The notes below the pieces were generated by a model that had not been told where the DNA came from, searched no databases, and saw only the letters and a list, made by a program, of their open reading frames with translations. A stretch of 34,637 nucleotides of DNA from a virus. A program made the translations under genes and the position numbers. This document shows positions 17,696 to 25,973 of this stretch, piece by piece. Position 1 is the stretch's first letter. Every line of letters starts with the position of its first letter. The stretch lies in the IMG/VR virus record IMGVR_UViG_3300045988_104090; one strand, 5' to 3'.

Positions 17696-17810
17696 CCTTT
17701 TTACGTCATTGCTGGACGAATATAAAATATGGCAGTTTAACGCCGTTACCGGGCGAATGTATAAGTGCAAGTAGTTTAACGCCATTGCTTAGGGCGAAAT
17801 ATAAAAAACG
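17696..17810. repeat. three tandem imperfect direct repeats of about 38-39 nt, each with a short GC hairpin
   Basis: AGTTTAACGCC(G/A)TT...GGGCGAA(T/A)(G/T)TATAA occurs at 17734 and 17773. A degenerate copy (TTTTTACGTCATTGCTGGACGAATATAAAA) starts at about 17696. Each unit holds CGCC/GGCG or CGTC/GACG arms. Confidence 0.7.
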
Positions 17811-17832
17811 CCCCATATAGGAGCGTTTTGTT
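17803..17832 (-). terminator. rho-independent terminator after the portal gene (usable on both strands)
   Basis: The minus strand reads AAAACGCTCC-TATAT-GGGGCGTTTTTTAT, a stem of about 9 bp with one mismatch plus a U-run. It lies about 20 nt after the portal stop. Confidence 0.7.
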
Positions 17833-17851
17833 ATTGTGTTGATAGTTTATA

Positions 17852-19831
17852 TTACATACCGCCTAAATCGTTCGTAGGCGGGAAATTTGGCGGTGCATTT
17901 GGAATGTTTGGTTGTTTACCTTTCAAGGCTAACCGTTCCGCCATAATTTGTTGTGGTGAAATCTGTACGCCTAATGTTTGTAGGTACATACTCAATGCTT
18001 CCGCTGGCATGTCATCAAGCGAACCGCTTACACGCAATTCTGGTAACGCTGGTTTTTCTGCCGCTTCTTGCATGCGTTTCTTAACCGTTTCTTTTTCTGG
18101 GAAATCCATGAAATCAAGGATAATATCCATAGGAATATCAACGCCGGATTTCTTAGCTTCCAATAATTGATAAAGGTTAGCACGTCTTGCCGTTGCGCTT
18201 GCTTGGCTGGTGCTGATTACAATATCAAAATCAAAGGCAGATAGATCATACAGTACTTGCTTAATAGGATTACCTTCCGCATCGCGTTGCGGTTGCCCAA
18301 ATGCATCTGTTAAAACTTGTTCTTGCATAGGTTGATTTAAACCCGGTGCAATCTGTACAAATTCCTTTTGCCCGTCGTCGCCCATAATACGCATCGCTTT
18401 GGCTTCGTTGTAGAATTGTGGAATTAAACCCGGTGCGTTTTTCTCACCCCATAATAGCTTTACAATTTGGCGTTCTGCTTCTTTTGATTGCTCAAAGATG
18501 CCAGCCGTTTGAACTGTTGTAACAGATTGCCGCAAGTCGATTGCCTTGCCGCTCATACTGCCAACGCTACCGGATAAGCTTTCCGGAGTGATACCGCTGA
18601 TAGAATAGAAATCATTGCTTGATTGTTGTTCAAGGGCCATATTGATATTGCTATCCATTGCCGGCGTGCCGTCAACGAATGATACGCCCGGCGGTAACCA
18701 GATATTCGCACCCGGTTTAGTGCTATTATTTTTAATATCGCGCTTAGTCTGTTCGGTTAGTTGACCTTGCCAGAATTTAACGCCTAAAGATTGCTGATTA
18801 ACTACATGCATGCGTTGGCTTCGGTTTTTGTTTAATTCCCTTTGTGCATCTTTAATGTCGCGCACTACGCCAGCTGGTTCCAGTTCGTCGTCTACCAATT
18901 CGCCGGTATAGTAACAATATTCACGCACTAACGGGAATTTACCATGCTTATAAGGACTTTCGCCCTCTTCTAATAGAACACTATCGGCGAACGTTGCGTA
19001 TCTGATTTTGGTATCTGGTATGCTTGTAGGCTTCTTCCCTGTAGCCATTAATACAACAAATAACGGGTTAGCTTCATCAATTAAACCCTCTTTTGTCATG
19101 TATACGTTCTTTTTGCCGTATTCCTTATACCAGTACTGCACTACACGAATTTTATTGTAGTTAGTGTTAAACCATAACGCTTCGCCGTCTACTGTTTCAA
19201 CTATGCCGGCTTCCTGTTCAGTTTCATCGTATCGGCTTTTTAATGCGTTGATTTCGTCAACCTTTTCCGGGTAGATTTGCTTTAACTTAGCAGCACTTTC
19301 CCAGCTATACCGGCCGACGTATTGCGCATCGCTTAAATCATCTTTCTTACATTCCGGATCTATGAAAGCATCAAACGGAGAAACACGTTCAATTTGAATA
19401 GTGCCGTCTAACTTCGTATAGTCGAATTCATACGATACCCAGTAATTGGCTAAACCGCAAATAATCTTATCGCGGAAACATTTGCCCTTATTGCGTTGAT
19501 AATTCGCACGGTCTAAACAGTATTTTGTAATACCTTTCGCAACACGGCTTATTCTATCATCTTCTTCGCTACGCGGTAAAAAGTCCGGTTCTGTTTCGTT
19601 CTGCGATGCATAACCGCATAATAGATTAATAACCGGTCTAATTCTATTAATCGTAATTGCTGGCCGTCCGGCTTCGCTCATTTTCTTCAAGTCGGCTTCT
19701 TGCCATTGCTTGCCTTGCATAAATGCAAAATCTTCGGCAGCAGCCTTGCGCCATTCTGACGTGGCGGCCAACGCACTTTTTACGTTTTGTTTTGCTTCGT
19801 ATATATCAAAGGTTGTTTGTTCTATATTCAT
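17852..19831 (-). CDS. portal protein
   Basis: A 659-aa ORF downstream of TerL. N-terminal FMQGKQWQEADLKKMSEAGRPAITINRIRPVINLLCGY is portal-like. RBS GGTGGAG precedes the start. Confidence 0.8.
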   Translation of the reverse strand: MNIEQTTFDIYEAKQNVKSALAATSEWRKAAAEDFAFMQGKQWQEADLKKMSEAGRPAITINRIRPVINLLCGYASQNETEPDFLPRSEEDDRISRVAKGITKYCLDRANYQRNKGKCFRDKIICGLANYWVSYEFDYTKLDGTIQIERVSPFDAFIDPECKKDDLSDAQYVGRYSWESAAKLKQIYPEKVDEINALKSRYDETEQEAGIVETVDGEALWFNTNYNKIRVVQYWYKEYGKKNVYMTKEGLIDEANPLFVVLMATGKKPTSIPDTKIRYATFADSVLLEEGESPYKHGKFPLVREYCYYTGELVDDELEPAGVVRDIKDAQRELNKNRSQRMHVVNQQSLGVKFWQGQLTEQTKRDIKNNSTKPGANIWLPPGVSFVDGTPAMDSNINMALEQQSSNDFYSISGITPESLSGSVGSMSGKAIDLRQSVTTVQTAGIFEQSKEAERQIVKLLWGEKNAPGLIPQFYNEAKAMRIMGDDGQKEFVQIAPGLNQPMQEQVLTDAFGQPQRDAEGNPIKQVLYDLSAFDFDIVISTSQASATARRANLYQLLEAKKSGVDIPMDIILDFMDFPEKETVKKRMQEAAEKPALPELRVSGSLDDMPAEALSMYLQTLGVQISPQQIMAERLALKGKQPNIPNAPPNFPPTNDLGGM

Positions 19832-20022
19832 TACTCCACCATTTCAGAACCGTAAATCATATCGTACATCTGTTCTAACTGCCATTGCGGCATTGCTTTT
19901 GCGAATTCCGCTAGTTCTGCATCTGTATATTTCGCCGGAATAATAACGCCCTTTTCTTCGCGTTCGCCGTATTCCGATTTTAGAACCTTAAAGGCGTAAT
20001 CACGCAACGCCCTTTCACTCAT
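19831..20022 (-). CDS. 63-aa hypothetical protein between TerL and portal
   Basis: ATG at 20022 overlaps the TerL TGA (ATGA coupling). The ORF-track start at 20031 is an alternative. Confidence 0.5.
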   Translation of the reverse strand: MSERALRDYAFKVLKSEYGEREEKGVIIPAKYTDAELAEFAKAMPQWQLEQMYDMIYGSEMVE

Positions 20023-21371
20023 ACGCCCCATGCGCTTATATCTCCTTCGCTATCATCAACATATTTATAACCGTCATTAAATGGTTTTTCTGGTTTAACT
20101 GATTTAACCGGCCGCGCCATACACATATAACGCACCGCATCATACGCATGATCTTCTTGTTTTGTATCCACATCTTCGACCTTGATTTTATCGTATGTTA
20201 AAGCTGGCAATGTACGTATTAGATGTACGCAATTACTAAATATCTTCAACTTACCTTCTTTTAATCGTTGATGTACTTGCATAAGTCCGGCCAATCTATC
20301 ATTATCAGCACGCACCCAGTACACGCCCTCGGTTGCAAATATTTCCGCAATCGTTGGCCCGTCATGGCCTGTTCGTTGCCATATAGCGGGGTCTGCTACA
20401 CCTTGATAGTCTTTTAAGTGTTCTATCTTTTGTGCTACTTCCCTTGCCGTTTCCTGTGTACCAGTATCCGGCATGCCCGGCTTACAACCGTAAAATTCGC
20501 TAGTAATATATAAAACGTCGTCATAATCAACGGCAGCGGAATATACTGCATATGGTTTCGTATAGCCCCAGTCCATTGACCGGTATCGTTGCCAATGATG
20601 CGGTATTTCAAACGGTTCTATTACGTGCTTATCTGTACGGAATTCTGTAAATACTTGACCCTCGAATATATTCCAGTCGCCGTCTAAATACGCTTTACGT
20701 AGTTTTTCCGGCAACGTGTTAAGTGCATCTATATAACTTTGTGATAGATGCGGGTTATCGCTTGCCCTTGCTTGGATATATGCAATCTTATCGGCGAACG
20801 GTTGCATTTCTTTTGTGAAATTTCTATCAATAAATAGGTCTTTTACCCACATATGGCCTTTACCGCCCGGATTTGTTGCAGCTATTAACTTTGTATCCGT
20901 GATACCAGTCCAGCGTAACCGCATGCGCAAAAAGTCGAATACATCGCGACTGTTCAAGGTTAATTCATCAATAGCAATAGCAGCGAATTCGCTTGAAAGG
21001 TATTTGCTTGGCTTATCCAAATTTCTAAAACAGATAACGCCGCCGCCCAATTCATCATTCAATGTGAATTCGTGGTTACTTTCCTTATAGGTTCCTAACC
21101 ATTCCGGAAACTCCATTTTGATTTTAGAGATTTGACGATCATCAAGGCTTGGGTAATCTTCACAAAACAACCCAACACGTATGCCTTTAATTCCTGTTTT
21201 AATAAACCAGTCGATTAAAAGCCAAATTAAACCCCAGCGGAGTATATATGATTTACCACCACCAGCAGCGCCGCCATATAGTGTATATATGTTTTGCTTA
21301 ACTGCCCTTAAAAATTCTTTTTGTTTTGGTGTTGGCCGTATCACATCGCGAAACAGATTTGTCTTACTCAT
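20019..21371 (-). CDS. terL: terminase large subunit
   Basis: Walker A-like YGGAAGGGKS near the N-terminus, with size and position after TerS. The ORF-track start at 21380 is GTG. ATG at 21371 overlaps the TerS stop. Confidence 0.85.
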   Translation of the reverse strand: MSKTNLFRDVIRPTPKQKEFLRAVKQNIYTLYGGAAGGGKSYILRWGLIWLLIDWFIKTGIKGIRVGLFCEDYPSLDDRQISKIKMEFPEWLGTYKESNHEFTLNDELGGGVICFRNLDKPSKYLSSEFAAIAIDELTLNSRDVFDFLRMRLRWTGITDTKLIAATNPGGKGHMWVKDLFIDRNFTKEMQPFADKIAYIQARASDNPHLSQSYIDALNTLPEKLRKAYLDGDWNIFEGQVFTEFRTDKHVIEPFEIPHHWQRYRSMDWGYTKPYAVYSAAVDYDDVLYITSEFYGCKPGMPDTGTQETAREVAQKIEHLKDYQGVADPAIWQRTGHDGPTIAEIFATEGVYWVRADNDRLAGLMQVHQRLKEGKLKIFSNCVHLIRTLPALTYDKIKVEDVDTKQEDHAYDAVRYMCMARPVKSVKPEKPFNDGYKYVDDSEGDISAWGV

Positions 21372-21735
21372 CTGTATCACTCAATTCATTATTATCAATA
21401 ACTAACTTAACGGCGCTTTCTGTTGTGATTTCCTGTTGTATCTTATCACGCCATTCTTTAGACTTGCGATTTTTAAGCCAGAATATAATTGCCGTAGTGT
21501 TTCCCTTTAACGCTTCCTTATATAGTGCATTTTCAACTTGCAAATCTGCTTCATCTTTTCCTATTTTTAGGGCGTTCGATATTTTCGGTGATTTCTTGCG
21601 CCATTCCCATAAGGTAGAAACAACAATACCCATATTGCTGGCTATCTGTTCATTTGTTAAACCGTTACGCGCCCAACCTTGTAACAGTAAAATCTTTTCT
21701 TCTGCTTCCCAATCTTTATATGTAGTCTTTGCCAT
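21364..21735 (-). CDS. terS: terminase small subunit (HTH type)
   Basis: The N-terminal HTH (GLTNEQIASNMGIVVSTLWEWRKK) and the C-terminal GNTTAIIFWLKNRKSKEWRDK are typical of small terminases. Confidence 0.75.
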   Translation of the reverse strand: MAKTTYKDWEAEEKILLLQGWARNGLTNEQIASNMGIVVSTLWEWRKKSPKISNALKIGKDEADLQVENALYKEALKGNTTAIIFWLKNRKSKEWRDKIQQEITTESAVKLVIDNNELSDTDE

Positions 21736-21748
21736 TGTTTCACCTCCC

Positions 21749-21943
21749 TTATTTTAGAATGTTATTGTCTTTTGCTTTCATACGCCTATGAGATCGCTGA
21801 CATATTCCAGCCGTTTGCTTCGATGCGTGTTGGCTAGTGCAATATGTTTGGCATCGTCCGTTATATTCGATTGTTTCAGCCGTGCATATGCCATGCTTAT
21901 CATTGTTTAAGCAATGCTTTCTATCGCAATGAATTTGCGTCAT
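21749..21943 (-). CDS. Cys-rich DUF1540-like protein, first gene of the late operon
   Basis: IHCDRKHCLNNDKHGICTAETIEYNG matches the DUF1540 Cys pattern. ATG at 21943 has the RBS AAGGAAAG. The longer ORF-track start at 21976 lacks an RBS. Confidence 0.55.
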   Translation of the reverse strand: MTQIHCDRKHCLNNDKHGICTAETIEYNGRCQTYCTSQHASKQTAGICQRSHRRMKAKDNNILK

Positions 21944-21999
21944 ATTGCTTTCCTTTCCAATAATCACATTACACATTTCGTGTAATTTTAAAAATACGG

Positions 22000-22028
22000 T
22001 TGACGCGTCGCGGTAACCGTGTTATACT
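22000..22028 (+). promoter_or_regulatory. near-consensus sigma-70-type promoter of the plus-strand moron
   Basis: TTGACG (22000-22005), a 17-nt spacer, then TATACT (22023-22028). The GC-rich spacer carries the palindromes GACGCGTC and CGGTAACCG. Confidence 0.7.
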
Positions 22029-22082
22029 CTAATCAAGGTAAGGGAAACGAACCCCAATAGTTAATCACAAGGAGAAATAAAA

Positions 22083-22235
22083 ATGTACACATTAAAAGAC
22101 TTGAACTCAAATCAAACTTGGAACTTCGATAACCAATCACAAGCATCTGAATTTATTTCAACTATGTCATTCGGTTTTGAATGGCAATTACTAGACAATA
22201 ACAATCAAGTTATTGCAACTCACATTTATGAATAA
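22083..22235 (+). CDS. 50-aa acidic hypothetical protein (first moron gene)
   Basis: Below the ORF-track cutoff. RBS AAGGAG lies 9 nt before the ATG. Translation is MYTLKDLNSNQTWNFDNQSQASEFISTMSFGFEWQLLDNNNQVIATHIYE. Stop is TAA. Confidence 0.6.
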   Translation: MYTLKDLNSNQTWNFDNQSQASEFISTMSFGFEWQLLDNNNQVIATHIYE

Positions 22236-22247
22236 GGAGATTAAATA

Positions 22248-22433
22248 ATGCCCACTTCAAACAACAAAATAAAAGAGGCCCGTTTAAAAGCGGGTCTCAC
22301 TCAAAAGGCTGCTGCTGAATATTTAGAAATGCCGCTCCGTACCTTCCAAGATTGGGAATACGGTTCTAACGCCCCTAAATATGTAATCAATATGGCGGTT
22401 AAAATGTTAAATGCAATTCAAAAGAATAAATAG
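22248..22433 (+). CDS. 61-aa XRE/antitoxin-like HTH protein (probable autoregulator)
   Basis: ARLKAGLTQKAAAEYLEMPLRTFQDWEYGSNAP has an HTH_XRE pattern of the W-E-x-G-x-x-x-P antitoxin / Aca-like type. RBS is AAGGAG. Stop codon is TAG. Confidence 0.7.
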   Translation: MPTSNNKIKEARLKAGLTQKAAAEYLEMPLRTFQDWEYGSNAPKYVINMAVKMLNAIQKNK

Positions 22434-22445
22434 GAGAATAAAACA

Positions 22446-22763
22446 ATGCAAATGACAATTCAAGAAATCAAGAACGCGATCAAATACAACGAACTTAATA
22501 ACATTGAAACACTTCAAGCTACCTATACAGGTATCAAACACAATAATGACGGCATAATTCAAACACTAGGTTATGACGATTTAAGTAACATTGTTATGAT
22601 GCTTCGTTATATAGCTGAAAAGTGCGAACTGCTCCGCCAGCGTACCAACTCTATATATGATGCATTCGCCGCTTTTAATCTGCGCGAAACAATATTCGAT
22701 ACTATAGATGAGTATCAACAAGAAATGAATAATCAAATACGTCAAATAGTAGCCGCTAGATAA
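22446..22763 (+). CDS. 105-aa helical hypothetical protein (third moron gene)
   Basis: RBS AGGAG lies 8 nt upstream. The ORF ends inside the terminator stem. Confidence 0.6.
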   Translation: MQMTIQEIKNAIKYNELNNIETLQATYTGIKHNNDGIIQTLGYDDLSNIVMMLRYIAEKCELLRQRTNSIYDAFAAFNLRETIFDTIDEYQQEMNNQIRQIVAAR

Positions 22764-22776
22764 TAGCGGCTTTTTA
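22751..22776 (+). terminator. rho-independent terminator of the moron
   Basis: Stem AGCCGCTA (22751-22758) / TAGCGGCT (22764-22771) with a 5-nt loop, followed by TTTTTAATT. Confidence 0.8.
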
Positions 22777-22890
22777 ATTACTCAAAACCAAACACGCCAG
22801 CAATTAAAAGTTTCCTACGTTCTACATCTTGTGCAAAACGCATGCAGCATGTTCAGTTTTCAATAATCAAATGTTACTTTTATACAAGAA

Positions 22891-22929
22891 ATGGGATATA
22901 TCACCGTGGATATACCCCATTTTATTTTA
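22891..22929. terminator. second, bidirectional-looking terminator hairpin in the convergent zone
   Basis: A 12-position stem ATGGGATATATC / GATATACCCCAT (one A-C mismatch) with a 6-nt loop. TTTATTTT follows on the plus strand and TTCTTGTAT on the minus strand. Confidence 0.55.
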
Positions 22930-23178
22930 GTCTTATTCATTTTTATTGTATGTTCTAAACAAATACCGGCAATCTATGAATCGTACAAGCAGTTATGATA
23001 TTAGGACGTACATATTTAACAAGGATCGTATGGCATGTGTTCGTGAAAGGAATTTAACGCCGGTATCTGTTTACAACACACAAGGGGAACATTTATGCTC
23101 CCCATGGTGCCGTATGTTTAATAAGAGAATTTAGTCAATGTCGTTCAAAGCTACATATGACACTATAATTATACTATA

Positions 23179-23697
23179 TTATGCTTTTCCGCATGTTTCC
23201 GATATAGTCCGATATATTCCGACTTTTACCGTTTTTGCGGTATGCATGCTTGGGTAATATGTATGGTGCAAATAATACCCAACCTTGATGAGTCCAGCTG
23301 TCTTTAATTCGCTTGCTTGCGACTTTTCTAAATCTGTAAAGTATCTAGCATGCTTAGCGCTTTTGCCGTCAACATATTCACGCATCAATAGTATATTTTC
23401 TTTTCCTTTTGTGCATGTGTTAATAATATCTGCTGCGGTTTCCCGCTCGTCAATCAATGCCCCTATTTCCTTTTGTGCTGCATCGCGCTTACTTTCAAGT
23501 CGTACTATTTGACGGTCTAACCCGCCCGGCGTTCCGCCACCGCTTAAACGTTCCTTACTATAATCAATTGCCCCGATTGTTGTTATATCGGATTGCAAAT
23601 GCTTTAGATCTTCTTTCAATGATTTAATTTTCATTGTAATTAATTTAATCGGTTCAAGATATTCCTTCGCTAATTCTCTGTACTCTTTATCCGTCAT
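23179..23697 (-). CDS. putative late-gene transcriptional regulator (ArpU/RinA/DUF1492-like, sigma-70 region-4-like HTH)
   Basis: An N-terminal coiled coil is followed by the IDYSKERLSGGG motif. C-terminal ENILLMREYVDGKSAKHARYFTDLEKSQASELKTAGLIKV resembles a sigma region 4 HTH. It is the last gene of the early/middle operon. Confidence 0.45.
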   Translation of the reverse strand: MTDKEYRELAKEYLEPIKLITMKIKSLKEDLKHLQSDITTIGAIDYSKERLSGGGTPGGLDRQIVRLESKRDAAQKEIGALIDERETAADIINTCTKGKENILLMREYVDGKSAKHARYFTDLEKSQASELKTAGLIKVGYYLHHTYYPSMHTAKTVKVGIYRTISETCGKA

Positions 23698-23707
23698 AAA
23701 TTCCCCT

Positions 23708-24070
23708 TTATCGCATGTTCTTAACTGTTTCCCCTAACATGTTTAAATAATCCTGTAAATTGGTTTTGATAGCATCATTCACGATTTGGATATTGTCAGT
23801 TGTTACATAGCTAGCAATTAGCATTTTATACATAGCATCTTTGGTAGGTACTAACACCGCTATTAATCCGCTACCAATAAAAACCACAAATAATAATATT
23901 ACCTTTGATTTATTAGCTTGTATTTTTTCCCTAGCTTCATCTTCAACAAAATATAAAAACACCAGAAAACATACAAGCATTGCCAATACAAAAAATACAA
24001 TTTGATTTAAAGCATCTATATTATGTAGTACCTCAATCAAGTACAAATACATCGGATCAATAATAGGCAT
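23708..24070 (-). CDS. 120-aa membrane protein
   Basis: ATG at 24070 has RBS AAAGGGG 9 nt upstream, whereas the ORF-track start at 24118 is TTG. Two clear TM segments are present. Confidence 0.55.
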   Translation of the reverse strand: MPIIDPMYLYLIEVLHNIDALNQIVFFVLAMLVCFLVFLYFVEDEAREKIQANKSKVILLFVVFIGSGLIAVLVPTKDAMYKMLIASYVTTDNIQIVNDAIKTNLQDYLNMLGETVKNMR

Positions 24071-24086
24071 TACACATTTCCCCTTT

Positions 24087-24242
24087 CTAACCGCATAATG
24101 TGGAAGCAAATAATACAAGTAAACTTATTGTTATTACCCCTGTTGCAAATTCCCCGAAATCTTCCTTTGTGTAACTACAACAAACTAGCAATATTTGTAA
24201 TACAACCACCAGCGAAAACAGAAAACTTTGATAATTTGACAT
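24087..24242 (-). CDS. 51-aa two-TM hydrophobic peptide
   Basis: Below the ORF-track cutoff. RBS is GAGGTGAGC-ATG. Translation is MSNYQSFLFSLVVVLQILLVCCSYTKEDFGEFATGVITISLLVLFASTLCG. Stop codon is TAG. Confidence 0.55.
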   Translation of the reverse strand: MSNYQSFLFSLVVVLQILLVCCSYTKEDFGEFATGVITISLLVLFASTLCG

Positions 24243-24370
24243 GCTCACCTCTTATAAAGGGGCGTTTATCTTGCCCCTTATCCACTACATCGTAAATACT
24301 GATATTAATTTAATTAATGCTATCACTAGCGAAAAAACCAATGCAGCATCAAATAACAATTTAATCATGG

Positions 24371-24862
24371 TTATTTACCTGTGCTGCCAATACCACCGGC
24401 ACCGCGCACCGTTTCGGTTAATTCATCAACTTCTAACAACTTTAATGCGCCAACCGGTACAAGAATACCTTGTAATAATCTATCGCCTTTTTGAATTAAA
24501 TACGCATCATCACTGGTGTTCTTGAATATACCTTTGATTTCCCCTCGGTAATCTGCATCAATCACGCCAAATGAGTTTGGAATAACTAACGGCGTTTTAC
24601 TCATGCTCGATCGTGGCGCAAGCATTAACATATACCCCTTTGGAATTTCCATTGCTAAACCCAGCGTTACATATTGCGTTTGATGTGGTTCAATAGCTAC
24701 GCTTTCCGGCTGGTAAAAATCCATTCCCGCAGCATCTTCGCTACCAATTTTAGGCATCAATACACCCGGCATGCATCGTTTCACTTTGATTGCATCTGCC
24801 TTATAGCGTTTAATTCCTAACATGCATTTAATTTTATTAAGCAGTTTCATCTGTGCCCTCAT
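24371..24862 (-). CDS. dut: dUTP diphosphatase (trimeric dUTPase)
   Basis: Motifs AAGMDFY, PRSSMSK, GVIDADYRGEI, GDRLLQGILVP and C-terminal RGAGGIGSTGK. The start overlaps the rusA stop as ATGA. Confidence 0.9.
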   Translation of the reverse strand: MRAQMKLLNKIKCMLGIKRYKADAIKVKRCMPGVLMPKIGSEDAAGMDFYQPESVAIEPHQTQYVTLGLAMEIPKGYMLMLAPRSSMSKTPLVIPNSFGVIDADYRGEIKGIFKNTSDDAYLIQKGDRLLQGILVPVGALKLLEVDELTETVRGAGGIGSTGK

Positions 24863-25260
24863 TTCAATAACGCTTCCAATACTTTATTTTTTCTATCCAT
24901 TATCCGGATTTCTACACGTGGGTTTTCCTTATCTATACCCGCTATGCAACTATCGCCATACGAACATATCCACTTATCATCATCAATGACTTTGGCTTTT
25001 GTTAATATATCGCTAGTTGCTTGTAGTAATCCAATTAAATCCGGCCAACTTCTTTTATTTGGAAGATAGTATTTACATTCAACAACGATAATGCCAGATA
25101 TATGCAATTTCTTTCCAGCAAGTTGCCATAAACAAGCATCTTCGTAATTCATATAGCTTTCGGAAGGAATATAACCCTGCTTGTTTCCAAATTTCACTAT
25201 TTGCCCGTGGTTCTTTTTGGTAATTGGACGGCCTTTTAATGTAATATCAATCACACTCAT
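24859..25260 (-). CDS. rusA: RusA-family Holliday junction resolvase
   Basis: LKGRPITKKN at the N-terminus, WPDLIGLLQATSDILTKAKVIDDDKWI (the RusA PD..N/D....D.L...G...DD pattern), and a size of 133 aa. Confidence 0.7.
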   Translation of the reverse strand: MSVIDITLKGRPITKKNHGQIVKFGNKQGYIPSESYMNYEDACLWQLAGKKLHISGIIVVECKYYLPNKRSWPDLIGLLQATSDILTKAKVIDDDKWICSYGDSCIAGIDKENPRVEIRIMDRKNKVLEALLK

Positions 25261-25693
25261 AAGGAAACACCGTTAATCTTTCCGCTAAATCAACTTTATC
25301 GCAATCAATTTCTTCAATTCCAAATTCGCCACAATTACTGCTCCAGCTAGTCAAGCCGGCACTATAATAACGAACCTTACCGGGTCTATATCCGGCAAAA
25401 TACCGTTTTAATTTCATTACCTTGGTTTTTACAACTATTCGCGTATCAATTGGAACCTTTTCCCAATCCACAATACCCAATAAGCCTGCAACGGAATATT
25501 CCTTTTTACCGGTTCCTAACCCCAGCACCTTACATGGAATACGCGGCGTATGTTCCCGCACTTTAAAATGTCCGCCATTTTCAATAAAAATTGGGTTTAC
25601 GAAATACGCATATACGCCAAATATTTTTATATCGCGATACCCCTCATCGTACATTTCTTGTAATAGCCATTTTGCCCCTTGTTCATTCGTCAT
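25247..25693 (-). CDS. 148-aa hypothetical protein
   Basis: Long ORF, overlap-coupled within the early operon. No motif was recognised. Confidence 0.5.
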   Translation of the reverse strand: MTNEQGAKWLLQEMYDEGYRDIKIFGVYAYFVNPIFIENGGHFKVREHTPRIPCKVLGLGTGKKEYSVAGLLGIVDWEKVPIDTRIVVKTKVMKLKRYFAGYRPGKVRYYSAGLTSWSSNCGEFGIEEIDCDKVDLAERLTVFPYECD

Positions 25694-25973
25694 AATTTAA
25701 TTCCCCTTTTGTTAATAAATGCTTGATTTGTTCTTTAACGTGATACAAATACAACTCCATTGTTCCGTTAAAATGTTGTAAATTTTCTTTTGAAATTACT
25801 TGTCTTAACCGTTTTTGTTTTTCACCGTTCGGAATATTATATTCAATCATGATGCAATAAGAATTTGCGGTTATATTTGGTTTTAAAATTCTATTCCCAA
25901 TAACAACGGTTAAAGCACTTGCAAATTGCTCACGTGTATATGTTAGATCATTTGCTTTTAAAATTTTCTTCAT
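25683..25973 (-). CDS. 96-aa hypothetical protein
   Basis: ATG at 25973 with RBS AAAGGGTG. The ORF-track start at 25982 is GTG. Confidence 0.5.
   Translation of the reverse strand: MKKILKANDLTYTREQFASALTVVIGNRILKPNITANSYCIMIEYNIPNGEKQKRLRQVISKENLQHFNGTMELYLYHVKEQIKHLLTKGELNYDE

Noticed and set aside
17696-17810. The three repeats read as plus-strand promoters (TTTAAC-18-TATAAG, TTTAAC-19-TATAAA, TTTTAC-16-TATAAA)
   Set aside because: They would fire straight into the terminator at 17803-17832 and antisense to the portal gene, with no plus-strand ORF. The -35 matches are weak. They are kept as a repeat array of unknown function instead.
4145-21757. Plus-strand ORFs in the track lying inside the long minus-strand genes (for example 7052-7930, 6904-7401, 15904-16431, 21326-21757, 3572-3997)
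   Set aside because: They are shadow ORFs antisense to well-supported genes. They have low-complexity, Ser/Cys/Phe-rich translations, no RBS and no operon logic.
22946-23134. 62-aa plus-strand ORF in the 22777-23178 non-coding zone
   Set aside because: It has a TTG start, no RBS, and lies between convergent terminators. Its translation is Arg/Cys/Asn-rich and unconvincing. The 26-aa minus-strand ORF at 22860-22940 also lacks an RBS.
24285-24368. 27-codon hydrophobic ORF directly after dut, considered as a confident gene
   Set aside because: It has only a weak AGGT upstream and is very short. It is mentioned in a finding but not listed as a feature.
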